From: the human T2T-CHM13v2.0 reference genome, Homo sapiens
DNA length: 64,000 nt
Assembly: GCF_009914755.1 (NCBI RefSeq)
Contig: NC_060928.1
Reading direction: 5' to 3' (one strand)
Shown here piece by piece: positions 26,690 to 40,525 of this stretch (positions are counted from its first letter, which is position 1; each line of letters begins with the position of its first letter). The position numbers and the translations under genes were made by a program. Below the pieces are notes generated by a model, which saw only the letters and a list, made by a program, of their open reading frames with translations, was not told where the DNA came from and ran no database searches.

Positions 26690-27055
26690 ACAATGATAGC
26701 ATGATAAATAGCCATAGATTTGAAAGGGTGTGTGGGTGGGAGGGAGAGATTAAAAATGTTGATGTATAGGTACAAACCTATAGGTAGATAGAGGAAATAA
26801 ATAATAGTGTTCAATAGCAGACTACAGTGACTATAGGTAGCAATAATAAATTGCATATTTCAAAGCAGCTAGATGAGAGGATTTGAAATGTTACTAACAC
26901 ATAGAAATGATAAATACTCAAGTTGATGGATACGCTAAATACCCTGACTTGATCTTTATGTATTCTATGCCTGAAAAATACAGATACCCCACACATATGT
27001 GAAATATTATGTATCAATAAAAGAAATAGAAGAAAATAAAATAAAAGATAAAAAT
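26690..27055 (+). mobile_element. L1MA (L1MA4-6-like) 3' end with A-rich tail
   Basis: gaggatttgaaatgttactaacacatagaaatgataaata...ccctgacttgatc...tatgtatcaataaaa. Confidence 0.85.
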
Positions 27056-27757
27056 GTAAAACAGACCCCCAAGCAGAAAGGAAAGCAACATTTGGATAAT
27101 ATCCAAGTGGCTAGTAGAATATATTCAAAAGCAGGCTATTTAAAAAGCCACTCCAGAGGGGGTCACAAATATGCTTAGCCCAGTATGGATGTAGTCTACA
27201 GAAAGAAGCCTTTGGTTTTCAATGGGGTCATTTGCCAGGAGGCTGAATCCCTCAGGTGCACATGGTATTTAGTATTCAAGCCATTCCACAGAGTCAGTGA
27301 CAAGATCAGTGAAATGAAGTCTTTCACCCTAACCATGACATTTCTCTTAAAAATTACCAAACAAGTCATTTGTTTGGTAATGACTTGTTTACCAAATGAA
27401 TGATGAGACAACGTGAATAAATGTGCAATTGGATATGGCAAATCTAGTCTATGAGGCTCAATATCTAAAAACCATTATACTAATTGATCTCTTGCTCAAA
27501 ACTATTTATCTCTTGGATAAAATTGCTCATAGGGCATACTGATCATGCAAATCATTCTTCACTACATGAAATCTCAAACAATTCTGGTGCTGCTAATTTG
27601 ACTTCTGGTAGTCAGCACTCCAAGATTTGATGCAATTATGTAAAGATAAGAACACCACTATTCCAGGATGATAAAGAAGTATTAGAAATGATTCTTCCTG
27701 TTATGGAGACTCTAAACCAAAACAAACACACAAAACAAAAAATAATCAAAATAGACA

Positions 27758-28183
27758 TGTTTTATTCAGCATAGGCTGCCATAGCAAAATACTACAGATG
27801 GGGTGACTTAAGCAATAGAAATTTATTTCTCACAATTCTGGAGGCTAGAAAGTAGAAAATAAAGCTGCTGGCAAGGCAGTTTTTATTCTAAGGCCTCTTA
27901 TTTTGGCACACAACTCACTGTATGGTCCCATGTCTTCCTCTTTACATATATGCTGGTGGTTTGTGTGTATGTGGTTTGTGTTTATGTGTGGAAAGAGAGA
28001 GAGAGATAGTGCACACAAGCTTTCTGGTGTCTCTTCTTACATGAGTACTAATTTCATTATGATGGCCCCACCTTCATAACCCCATCCAACCATAATCAAA
28101 GGCCCAAACTCCAAATACCATCACATTGTGTGTTGTAGTTTCAATGTATGCATTTTAGGGGAACACAAGCATTCAGTTCACAA
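27758..28183 (-). mobile_element. MLT1A-like MaLR LTR
   Basis: ggctgccatagcaaaatac...aaatttatttctcacaattctggaggctag...acaagcattcagt. Confidence 0.8.
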
Positions 28184-29020
28184 TGAGACTTGTATGAGGA
28201 TAGGAGTATCACTATTCCAGGAAAATAAACATGCATTAGAAATCATCCCTTTCCTTATGGATCCTGTAACTAACATAAGCTTATGAACAAACACATGAAA
28301 TAAAAAATAAAATAAGATTTTAAATGATGCTAAAATAGCAGATTGCAAAACATAGTCATTCAAACAGTGAATGAATGAATGGATAAATTTTGAAGGTATA
28401 TATATATAATGTTTATTAATTTATAAATCTATAATAATCAGTAAAATACATGTATTTTATGATAAACATGAAATATATAGAATATAGTAAATATATATAT
28501 TTATTTACTTTGATTTTATAGAAAACATATGTGCTATATGACTTTGTGGAAGAAATAAGAGATACATTGAGTCTTACATCACGAAGAGTAGAATTAATGC
28601 TAGTTTAGAATCCAAATCAGTTTTATTACCAATATGTATCACAAGTAGAGACATAAGAAAGCATACTATTTAGAAATAGAGATAAAAGATGTTCATAGGG
28701 ATAAGTATGGATTATAATTATATAGCACTTGAAGTGCTATACAAAACAGTTGTAAGTACAATTGTTTTTATTTGAAGTTCTTTTTAACAGTAAATGCTTC
28801 AAGATGTGTTTGCACTTGCAAAGCATTATGCACATGTGAACACGTGGGATTTAAGCTCAACAAGCATTTATATTTGATGATTATATTTGATCATCATTAT
28901 ATTTGATGACTCTTGCAATCCAAACATACCGCTTGAATACAAATTACTAGTCAATAGGTATATAACACATTTTATTAATACATTTCTGTCATTTTTTTAT
29001 CTGATATGAATAGTGCATGC

Positions 29021-29387
29021 TGTCTTAGTCTGATTAGGCTGCTATAACGAAATATCTTAGACTAGGCAGTTCGTAAACAACAGAGATTTATTGCTCACAG
29101 CTCTGGGAACTGGGGTCATCCAAGATCAAGGCAACCACAGATTCAGTGTCTGGTAAAGACTCTCTCTCTTCTTCAAAGACGTGCCTTCTTGCTGTGTTCC
29201 CACATGGTGGAAGTGGCAAACATGCTCCCTCAAGCATGTTTTAAAAAGACTCTAATCCCATCCATGAAGGCAGAGCCCTCATGACCTAATCAACCTCCTA
29301 AATGCCTTTTCTTAACCATCACCTTAGAGGTTAGGTTTCAATATATGAATCTGGGGATGTGGGGACACAAACATTCAGACCATAGCC
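29021..29387 (-). mobile_element. MLT1A0/MST-like MaLR LTR
   Basis: tgtcttagtc...gctgctataac...acacaaacattcagaccatagc. Confidence 0.8.
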
Positions 29388-29545
29388 TCTTATTCTGTCT
29401 TTAACCAAGATAAAAAGATTCATCCTAAGTAATTATTTTTACATTAGTGCTTTCCACAAGGATTGGATAATAATGACAATGATGATGATTATTGCATTTG
29501 CACTTTTTTTGACCAGGTGTTTTATACACTTTATGATAATCTGCC

Positions 29546-29932
29546 TGTTCTGATCTGAATTATTTCCTCCAAAAACTCACATAATGAAGCATTAACCACT
29601 AGCACTTCAGAATGTGCCTGTATTTGGAGACAGGGTCTTTCAAGAAATAATTAAGTTAAAATGAAGTCATTCAGTTGGAAGTTAAATCAATACAACTGAT
29701 GCCTTTCTAAGAAGATATTATGACACAGACAGGTACAGAGGGAAGACCATGTGAAGGCACAGGAAGAAGCCAGCTACCTGGAAGCCGTGGAGAGAGGCCT
29801 CAGAAGAAACCAACCTTGTGGACACCCTGACCTCAGACTTCCAGCCTCCAGAACTGTGAGGAAATACATTTCTGTTGTTTAACTCACCTAGCCTTTGATA
29901 CACTGTATAGTAGCCCTAATATGCTGATATAC
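29546..29932 (+). mobile_element. MLT1B-like MaLR LTR
   Basis: cagaatgtgcctgtatttggagacagggtc...cagacttccagcctccagaactgtgag. Confidence 0.8.
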
Positions 29933-30569
29933 TACCCAACACCATTTATAATGTAAAACAAAAACAAAACCCACAAGATTCAGAAGGATTGATTTATTTG
30001 CTGAAGGCTAAGTTTGGTTTTATTTACCATTGTTTACACTTTATGGCAAACAATTTAAGAAAAGATAAGCTTATTTTTCTTTCTTGAATTTTTCACTGAA
30101 GGTCAGTTGGGTTGTGTTCAATCTAATTTCTTAGTTGGAAAGACTGTATCTTGTCTTGTTAAATTGAACTGATTAAAGCAAGTGCATAACAATAGGCAAG
30201 AAGATACTAGAAAGTTTAAGAGAATCACTCAAGCAAATTCCCACATAATGTGTCATCCTCCCATACCTTAGAGAAATTTCAAAGCAAAAATAAACTCGTG
30301 GCTTTTTATAAAGCAATGCATGCAAGAAAAGCTTCTACTAATTTAAATAAGTATTTATTTTGCTGTCAGCTATAAATAAATGCATTTCTTTTTTCCTATA
30401 AAATTGAAAAGGAGCACGATAATACAAAGTGAATCAGCTTTTTTTTGCCAGTAAAATAGGTTAAATATATCTTTTTAAAATCAAGTGAATATATATTATT
30501 TCTTAGTTATGGTCGCTTCCTTTCTTCAACTTTCAGCATCTCTTAAGTTCTCTTTTCAGGAGAACTATA

Positions 30570-31010
30570 GTATAGCCTAAAGTTGGAATGTCTCTTCCAA
30601 AACTCATATTGAAACTCAGTCTTCAATGTGGCAGTATTTAGAAGTGGGGCCTTTAAAAGATGATTGAATCATGATGGCTCTCCCTTCATGGATGGATTTA
30701 TTCATTTGTTGATTAATGGATTAATGGGTTAAGAGGTTAACATGCTGTCATGGGAGCGGGTCTAGTGGCTTTACCAGAAGGGGAAGAGAAACCTGATCTA
30801 GCATATTAGAATGCTAGGCTCCCTTTCCCTGTGATAACTTGTGCCACCTTAGGACTCTTCGAAGAGTCTACACCAGCAAGAAGGCTCTCACCAGACTTGG
30901 CCCTTAGACCTTGGACTTCTCAGCTTACAGAACTATAAGAAATACATTTTGTTTGTTTGTGAATTACCTGGTTTCAGGTATTCTGTTATAAGCCACAGAC
31001 ATGGACTTTA
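30570..31010 (+). mobile_element. MSTD-like MaLR LTR
   Basis: ccaaaactcatattgaaac...gattaatggattaatgggtta...caggtattctgttataag...atggact. Confidence 0.8.
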
Positions 31011-31088
31011 CCCTACTTAATAAGTTTGACAGTGTGGAATGGAGCTAGATTGCCAGCCAAAATATCTATACAAGTTCATAAATTTGCC

Positions 31089-31525
31089 TGTCACAGTTCC
31101 ACAGATGCTCACAGAAGACATGAGACTCCTGGTTAGAAATAAAGGATTCTGTTACTCTCAATAAAAGCAGTGGCAAGAGTTTCGGTACTGTTCAGCTGGG
31201 TCTCTGCGTCTCACGTCTCACACGGAGACACAGGAGGCCAGGTAGAGCTTCCATGTGCTGTGGGATGTGCCATAAGAGAAGAACTTAGGGAATCCATCAC
31301 TTCATACTAAGTAGTAAACAAACCTATTATTTTTATAGAGAAAAATTTGGTTTAACTCAGAATTATGTAATGCATTCCTGCAATGCATTTCTTCAGATCT
31401 CAAAATTGCCAGCTGCATAAACAATACTAAGTGGCTTGGGCAAAAGACAAATCAGTCTTGTGCTTTTGCATACTTGTCAAGATATATAAGAAAGCAAGAG
31501 ACCCAGAGAAAACTTCCTCTCATCA
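31089..31525 (-). mobile_element. ERVL-class LTR remnant (LTR40-like)
   Basis: cagaagacatgagactcctgg...aaaggattctgttactc motif; family uncertain. Confidence 0.4.
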
Positions 31526-34500
31526 GTAGGTGTTTAAATGTCATTTTATTTATTTAAAGATAGGTAGAGAGATATGTTAGATAATTTTGGTCCATGCATT
31601 ATTTACATTTATTGTATACAACAACAAAACTATAAGAAAGGAACTGTGATCATTGACCATTTTCAAAAAATGTTTTAAAAACATTAAGTGATTAGGTGAA
31701 TTGCTCAAGCAGAGTGGTAGAACCATGGTTCTGAGTGAATGCAGAGATTTTCTCAAACTGTTCCAGGGACAGAAGTGAATCAGTAAAAATTACCTTAAGT
31801 AAATCAATAAAAAATAATTTCCCTCAGCTCTGTTGTGAATTCAGTACAAGAGTCTTAGTTATATGGTAGATGCACTTATTGAGATGTTAATTTGCTTAAA
31901 AGATTGAGAGCTATCTGTGTTTAATTCTCTACATGTTTCCTCTTCTAAGTCAAGAAAGCTAGTCCTTTATTACTTGTTTCTGTGATTTTGTAGCCCATCT
32001 TCAAAACATTAGTTGTCTAAAGACAATGCATCTTTTGGTCTCGGTGGGGAGGACCTTGAAATTAGAAGAAGTTGAGTAGCAGGGAAAGAGTGAAGGAAAG
32101 AGATATATGCTTTGAGATGAGTGAGCAAGAGAAAATGTAGATGATGGATATTAGTGGCCTCCCTAGGAAATGGCAGGATCTGTGACATATGTGAAGTGGA
32201 ATTTGTGGTGGAAGTTGTGGCTAGGGTGTGTGGCATGTTTTTAGCTGAGCTTGTATATTCAATCATGGGAATGTAACTACTGAGCTTAGTAGCAGTAAGT
32301 ACTAAGTTCTAAAAGCCTCCTAAAATTTTCCTTCTGTTTAAGAACAATGTTACTTTTGCACCAAAGAAAGTAGACTGGGATGATTGAGACTGTCTACAGT
32401 CTAACCAAATAAAATTCAAGCTAAATCTAGCCTAGTTGAAATAAAATAATACAATTTTTCTTGAATGCTGGTGTGTCAACAAGTGACGTTGTGCAACATA
32501 TAAAATGCCCCAAATAAATGACCAACCAAAAGTATTTGACTTAAACTGAATTAAACTTGAATGGAATTGAATGTGTTCAGTATCTGGAGTTTGAACTATT
32601 TCCTGAAGGGGTCATGCTATCATTATTTAGAGATATTTAATTAGCACTACTGGTATTTACCTAGTAGAAATGTACCTGCCTACTTCTTTGGGGAGCAAAG
32701 ATAAATCATAGATGAGAGCCTGGTAGAAACTGAAGGAACTATAAAGAACATCAAATATAATTTTTCTTTTATTTTAATATTAAGAAAGATTTAAATATTA
32801 CACAACCTAATAACAAAACAATAATATGAAATAATGTCTTAAACCTAAATTACAGCAATAAAACCCAGACATAAAAAAGGATATACTCTTTTACTCCAAT
32901 TTAATGGGAACCCAACACAGGTTGAAGGTATTGGTTATGCTGGAAATCAGATTAATAGCAGCCCCCTTTAAGGAGCGCTAGGGAGATACAAGCAGACCTT
33001 CTAGGATCTGGTTAAGGCCCATTCTTAAATTCTGTGTGTTGAGTATGTGATTATGTTCAGTTTGTGAAAATTCATCAAACTGTATATCTATGCCATTTGC
33101 AGTTTGAGATTTGTATGGTTTACTTCATTTCCAAGTAAGAAAAAAAAAGAAATTTAAATTAGTTGCCTAAAATAAATTAAGTCATCTGAATCCTAGTTGA
33201 ATTTTCTTTACAGTGCACAATTCTGTTTTTGTATTGTATATTATAAACCTATATCTGTAAAATAATAGAAATAACTTAAATATGGCAAAGCTTTAGACAA
33301 AATGAAGTTCTAATCAAATATATTTTCAAATAATTTTATATATTGCCCCGAAGTCAGTCCTTTCTTGATACTAATTTCAAAAGTTATAAATGATATAATG
33401 AAAATAAATATTGTAACCTGAAAAGTTAATATTTCTTTTTGCGTAATCTCATTAGCTCTGTCCAGGTAGAATAATGGGGAATCTCAAAACACAATGGAGT
33501 GTGTATTAAATGCAAAATTCCATTTAGGGGCCAAATTAGGCACCTATAATAAACCAATTGCCTACATCTAGCCTACTCTATACAAATATCATAATTCTCT
33601 AGATATTTATGTGAAATTACAGACAATATATCAAATGACAAGCAATAAACGCATATAATTATTTAAGTATATAATTAAATTCCTTGTACACATTTTATGT
33701 AATGTTAACTGTCCTTGGAGACCTCAGAAGTTTGTCAGATGTGTTGGTTTACTGCAAGACAGCCACATTTAATTATCTGAGGGAAAGTATAACACAGTAG
33801 AAAAATATAGCTGGTTTTGCTTCAATCAATCCAAAGAAAGGGAATTATTATAGTACGGTTTTTGAATGATGTGCTTTATTTCACACACTAACCAGAGGCA
33901 ATAGAAGCATCTGTCCCAGCAGAAGCCTAGAGACACCAGGATATTTCCTTGTTCATTCATAACTGGTACTTTCTTTTTCAGTCTTAACTGTATAAATGTT
34001 GCCAAAATATATTTATGCCAGTGTATCTTAATATAAATATTGAACTGATGTATTTTTATTGTCGATATAAATTTATATCTTCATATAAATATCAAACTTA
34101 TGTATTCTTATTGTTGAAAGAATTATAACTCTTACAAAAATTTGTTTGAGTACGGTAGCTTCAATATTTTATGCAAATACCTTTCATGACAGAACCTATG
34201 ATACCAGAATCTAAGAATTTCATTAAACAGACATCAGCTAAGGAACTCTTGATATAGTGAGCTCTGAGCCATTTTGCTTTGGTCTCCTTGGCAGGTGTTA
34301 TCTAATTTCAGAAAATCATAAGAAATTTAATAAGTTAGTTAAGAGGCCATTAATGATACAAAAATATCAGAAATCAAAAATGTATTAAGATTTATCATGA
34401 CAATTAAGTGAAGAGTGCTTTTCTTTTAATTAGAGAAAGGATTATTCACCAAAAATGACTAATGGTAGAACAGTCTAAAACCCTCATTTGCCACATGAAA

Positions 34501-34608
34501 AAACTTAGGTCCATCGCAGCTAAGATGATTAAGAGACATTTTCAAGGCATACTGTTTCACTGATAGCTATGCTAAGTTTGGAACTCCACTTTCTGTTTCT
34601 TGACCATT

Positions 34609-34657
34609 ACCCCTTTCCTTCCTTCCCTTCCTTCCTTCCTTCCTTCCTCTCTCTTTC
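34609..34657. repeat. (CCTT)n/(CT)n microsatellite, probably the decayed tail of the adjacent L1
   Basis: ccctttccttccttcccttccttccttccttccttcctctctct. Confidence 0.85.
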
Positions 34658-35200
34658 AGATTTATTGGGATATAATTCACATGCCATACAATTTGCTCAC
34701 TTAAAGTGTACAACGTGGGATTCTGCAACCATCATCCGAATCTAATTTTAGAATATTTCTGTTTCCCCTTTAAAAGAAACCCATACCCATCAGCTGTTAA
34801 TTTGACATTCTAGCACGTCTTTTGGAAAACGTGTGTATACACTTCTTTAGGGTATCTACCTAGAATAGAATTTCTAGATCAAAGCTTTGCATGTGTGCAG
34901 CTTCAGTAGACAGTGTGAAACAGTTTTTCAAAGTGACTGTACTGAGTTATGTGTCTATCAGAGCATAAGAGTCACATTTGTTACACATTCTCATTAACAT
35001 TCGATATTTGCAATGCATTTCATTTTAGCCATTCTAATAGTATGTGGCAGTATTAAATTTTGGATTTAATCTTCTATTCTTTGATAACTAATGAAGTTGA
35101 ATGCATTTTTATGTATTTCTTGACCATTTAGATTTTCTCTTTTGAGAATCATCTGTTCAAGTCTTTTGTTTGTTTTTCTATTAAGTTGTCTAATATTTCT
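34658..35200 (-). mobile_element. L1MB/L1ME 3' end remnants
   Basis: tttattgggatataattcacatgccatacaattt...ttaaagtgtacaa and ttttagccattctaatagt. Confidence 0.75.
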
Positions 35201-35229
35201 ATCTTCCTTAATACCAAAAAGAGAAGGAA

Positions 35230-35312
35230 TTCCAAATAAGATCACATTTTGTGGTACTGAGGGTCAGGACTTTAAATATAATATTTGAGGGCACATGATT
35301 CAATCCATAACA
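35230..35312 (-). mobile_element. MLT1 LTR terminal fragment
   Basis: ccaaataagatcacatt...ggtactgagggtcaggactt...attcaatccataaca. Confidence 0.65.
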
Positions 35313-35319
35313 TCATCTG

Positions 35320-37655
35320 TTGAAAACAACTACAAATGTTCGATAAAATATTTTTTAAATGCTGTCTTTAAATGAGCTATACGTAGACTAACAAATAAGA
35401 GGAATCTATCTAAAGGAAAGTTTCAATTCAGAGAGGTAAATAATCTCTCAGAGCAGCCAAGAAACTTTTCCCATAGTGGCATTTACTAATTAGGCAAACT
35501 TGGGCTTTGGAATTTAAGCGTCTGAAGACAAGAAGGATAAAGTAAAGACCCAAAGCTCACCTCAAGTGGTATGTCTCATAAAAATTTTACCCACTGTAGA
35601 CTGTGATCCAAAATACTATACTTCCTAGGACACCACTTAGAAAGTTGTCTTGTCAATGAAAGAGCAAGAAAAGTAAGCAAAGGAAAAACATCGATAACAG
35701 AATCAGTCATGAGTTTTGCATAAGTTTACAGCCTGGGTTTACATGACCTGCATTGTACATGAAACCTTAAGTCACAATCTTGGTTTTTGATGGTTTTGAC
35801 TTGGTAGTGCCTATAGGACTGGCAAAAGCAAACACAAATTCTTTGTAACAAAAGATACCTTTATTCTAGGCCTCCAAAAATCTGTTAAAAACATTTTTAA
35901 CAACAGTAAGAAGTACCCATCAGAATTAGCCAAATATAAAAAGAAATCAGACCAAAAAAGCCCAAACGAGCAAAAATAACAGAAGGCAGAAATGGACTCA
36001 GACAAACTTCAGATATCTGCAATTATCAGAGACAGATTATAAAACAACTACATTTACAATGGGTAAGGAATTATAAATAAGGTTGAAAATATCTCAGAGA
36101 CACAAAATTATTAAATGTAGCCTAATATTTTTTAAAAGCCAAAATGAACATTTAGACATTAAATATAGAAAAACCAAAATCAAAAACTTAATGGAAAGGA
36201 TTGTCATCAGATCAGACACGGTAGAAGAGGCAAAGTAAACTAGAAGCAGGTTTAGATAAAACTATTTAAAGGGGAGCAGAGTGATATATCACTAGATTTG
36301 TTTAAATCTGGAAATTTCACATGGTAGCTATAGTGAAGTCTACAGTACATTTAATCAGAATGTAAAGAAGGAAGCAGGGAGACGATGAGGCAAAGTTAAT
36401 ATTTCAAGAGATAATGGCTAAATTTTTCCTGTACTAATAAAAATACCAATTCAGGAGGCCTAACAAATTCTTTTTAGAATAATTTTTAAAAATATTGCAT
36501 CTAGACACACCTTAGTTAAATTTTAAAACATCAAAACAGGAAAGGCATTGTTAAAATTAACCAAAGAATGAAGAGATGATTCACAAAATTATGCAAGGTA
36601 AATTGACAACTGACTCTTTAACAGCAGCACTTGTAAGCTAACAGTTAGTGGAATGTCATCTTCAATGTGCGGCAAAAGAGGACAGAGGACTGGAGTCCTA
36701 GAACATGAAATCAAGCAAAAATATCTTCAATAATAAGAATTACATGAATTCACATTCATGCAAAAATCATGTAACCAGTAGACCTCTGGCAGAAAGCTAA
36801 TGCTTCTGGATAGAAGGTCTGAGAAGAAAGAAAAAAGTGGTGAACATACAGGTAAATCTAAACAAATCATGACTGTACAAACAAAATTAGTGCATTTTAG
36901 TGTTAAAAGCTCAAGATAGATTAAAATATCCAATAACAATAACATAAATAGCAGTATTTTAGCCCATGTAATTATCAGGAGAAAGATTGAGCTATCAATA
37001 GACTTTTAACTTATGATGGATGTTATTACTTTTATTGTAGCCACAAAAAGAAAAGCAAATAGATTGCACATTCTAAACAGTCGAATATTTATATTTCACG
37101 ACCTAACAGTTCCATTATTAGGAATATACCCTAGAAAATGAAGTACCTGGGCACAGGACAATAAAAATAGCTCCACATAAAGTAATTCAAACTTTTCTCA
37201 ATACTCGTTGGTAAAGCAATAACAATGTAGTCTAAAATAAAGTTCTACACAGTATTGAAAATAAAAACTGCAGCTATACACAAAAATATAGATGAATTTT
37301 GAATAAAAACAGCAAGACACAGATGTTTTATACCCTTTGGTGCTGTTTTATATAAAGTTCTAAAAAAGACCAAAGCAAGGTACATTGTTCAGAGATGCCT
37401 AGACAGATAACAAAACTACAAGGAAAAGGAATGAATTGATTATCATAAAATTGTAATAATAAATATTCCTGGAAAAGAGATATATAGGTTTGTGTTTGGA
37501 GCAGGACTCATGATTGACTCCTGAGTTTCTGGCCCTGTTGTATTTGTCGAAATGCTTAATGGTAATATGAGCATGAACTCTACAATTATTCATTAAAGCA
37601 GATACTTGTTTGAGTATATGTTATATATCATGGAGAAAGATGATTAAAATAAATG
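35320..37655 (+). mobile_element. Ancient L1ME/HAL1-like element: 5'/ORF1 region joined to ORF2 C-terminus and 3' UTR
   Basis: A-rich ORF1-like stretch 35950-36800; gacctaacagttccattattaggaatataccctaga (DP.IPLLGIYP-like) near 37100. Confidence 0.55.
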
Positions 37656-37726
37656 CATTTTGAAGATGCTGAAAACAAATTTTTATAACTAGAGTAACAG
37701 GTACAGTCAGGAATTTTGGTGAAGAT

Positions 37727-37771
37727 TTTTTTTTTTTTTTTGAGGCAGAGTTTCACTTTGTCACCCAGGCT
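37727..37771 (-). mobile_element. Very short Alu 3' fragment
   Basis: T15 followed by gaggcagagtttcactttgtcacccaggct. Confidence 0.75.
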
Positions 37772-40525
37772 CTGGTTTCATCTATCATTGACATCTATGA
37801 ATAATTTTGATAATAAGAGAAAAACTATGAACCAAATTAAATGTGGTTTATTGACAAAAATGCAATTAGCTATGAAGGTAGTGTCTAGAATACGTAAAGG
37901 TGAAGAAGTGTTCTTATCAACTTTCAAGGGCAACAATCTCATTCAATACACAAGGGTGACAGACTCCTAGCTGAATCAGTAGTCACACTGTATGAGAACA
38001 ATCTCAGGTTATTTATCCATAGCTGTGTCTATACTAACTTGGGGTAACTTGAGCCTTAGGAAAACAGCATACAAGAAAATAATATTTGGTTAAACTCCCT
38101 CTTTGGAGAATGTCATTTATATTTCTTCTGGCAAATAGAATAAAGTTTTGATGTTTAGAGTAGGTGTGTTGAAGAAAATATATTGTATACTGAATAATAA
38201 GCTTTTTATAGCATTAAAAATAGCCATAGCCAGAAAGTGATAATGATGCTCTCTTTTAGTTCATGTATGATTAAAATATTTCTTCAGTTTTGAGTTGCAA
38301 GTGATAGCTTTTGCTTAAGGCTCTTTTTCATTAAAAATATGGAGCTGTAATTTGGCAAATGATTTCTTCACATTCACTATAATTAAAGTGTGTAAATTCT
38401 AAAAAAAGAAAGCAAAAAACTTTAGAGAAAAGTTATGTTTCAGATATGTAAAAGTTTATTCCACATATTTATTTCAGAGTGTTATGTTTCTCTAATGAAT
38501 TACTTTTCTTCTTTTGAAGGCATAAAAGTTCACAACTACAGAATGTGTTAGATAGATTCCCTCCAACTTCTTGTGGTACAGCCACAAATGAAGAAAAGAT
38601 AAATGTGTAAAATGAGATAAATTACTTATTTTATATCAATGTTCCAATATACTTTTACTCCTCTTTCATACTTAAGTGTATGTTTTTGCCTTTGGAGATA
38701 TAAAACTTATAATCTTTCCAAAATAAACACAATTTTATTTTGTTGAAAATGGAAACTCCAATCTGTTTCTTATTAAAGTATACACTTGAGCAAACTCATT
38801 TTGTTAGGAACTAGGAATACACTTGTTCACGCTTCCTTTTTCAAATATGAAAAGATTTTTAAAGGTATGTATTTTGAGACTGGATAAGACTGAAGCCCAA
38901 CTTTGTCTTCATTCACTGTCATTCTCTTGTATATATTTGTATGACCTTACACTGCAGTAGTCCACAACAGAACTGGCAAAGGTCAACTAAAAATATACTA
39001 TGATTTGGATATTTATCTTTTAGTAATTTTTTAAATAGTTTTTGCTTATTAACTTTTACCCAGTATATTCAGGTCAGACCACTTGGTTGAAACAAAGAGA
39101 TAAAGGTACCACTGCAGATAATTCAAGTGATCATATTGGATAATACAGGTAATTGAGGCAAAAGTTCATGGGTTATTCTGAAAATTGCCTTAATTCCTTG
39201 AATTATTTGGCCTCGGATATGTGACTTAGGTGCTACCATTAAACTCTGTTGAAAAAATGCCTATTTTCTTACAGTAAAAGCACAAATAATTTAGCAGGGG
39301 TTTTTTTGGTATTTGTTTTAATACTTCAGTGGGATTCTTAGAAGCTTCCCAGCAGTGATAGTAATGTGAAAGTGGAGGTGGAACAAATGGAGCTAAAGTG
39401 GTAGCAATAACAAATAGTGCACTTTTGCTGCCTTTTTGCATGAAAAAATGCATAATATGTATTTTTTGTTTTCTCATCCTTATTAAATCTTAGTACATTT
39501 AGGACTTTCCACAGTTGAAATAACATGAACCTAATTTTACTCCTTAGGTCAGACACCAGACTGGACTATCCACACAGAAAATAACCTATACTACCAGGGA
39601 AGTGAGCTTGGAGAAAGAAGGCATGTAGAAAATGGCTTGAAGGAATTATTTTTCCTCTGCCTCTGGGAAGAGTGATTTGCTTTTTTCTCTCTCTCTCTTC
39701 TATAAAGGTACAAGAGAAAATAAAATGATTGTACCTTGAGGGGAAAAAATGGGGTGATTCTTTTTAAAGATTCAGTTGGAGCCAGAAAATGACACACTTG
39801 ATGCTGAGGAAACTCCAAGTAAAATATTTTGGCTGTGATTACTGTTATCAAGGAAGAACAGGAGGAAAGCTACTACCACAAAGTGATTAAAGAGACAAAT
39901 CTCTGGCCTCCTATGTGTACCTGGGCACAAGAATTCTCCAGATGTCCTCTCCGAATTGCCAGGGAGGTGAAACATATTTAAAAGGCATGCATTTTGCAGG
40001 ACTTTTGGGTTTTCCAGGCAGTATCACACACAGTTAACATGTTTTGCTGATTTCTGTTATGCAGAAATGTTTGCTATACTTTTGCTTTTCATTCTTAAAA
40101 TAGGAAAGTGCTGGGCTGTTCAGGAAGTTATTTTTTGCATTCTCAAAACTTCAGGGCTAAAATTAATGACAACATGTAAGCACTAAGAATTAACTGAGAA
40201 ATATTTATCCATTTGTGCTGAGAGGTAACTTGCCTTGTTAGTTCTTATGAAATGCATTGAACACCAAGATGGAGATGTTTGATTCTAGCAAATGATCATG
40301 CTGATCTGCTCTGATCTTTATATCTTTTCTTTATGTCTTATAATTCTTAATATCTTCTCTCTACATATTAACTTTGAATGAGTGATAACTTAAATAATTT
40401 ACTTTAGGAAGAAACACCCTATCTCTTGCTTTGAATAAAATCCCAGTGAATGTGATCTGCACTACCCAAAATATTCTGGTTATCTCTCAACCTGGGTTTT
40501 TCTGGAGAGATGGCAGCCTCACCAC

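Noticed and set aside
27758-29387. Two same-strand MLT1A-like LTRs as the ends of one MaLR provirus
   Set aside because: The LTRs differ substantially and the ~840-bp spacer is AT-rich with no recognisable MaLR internal sequence.
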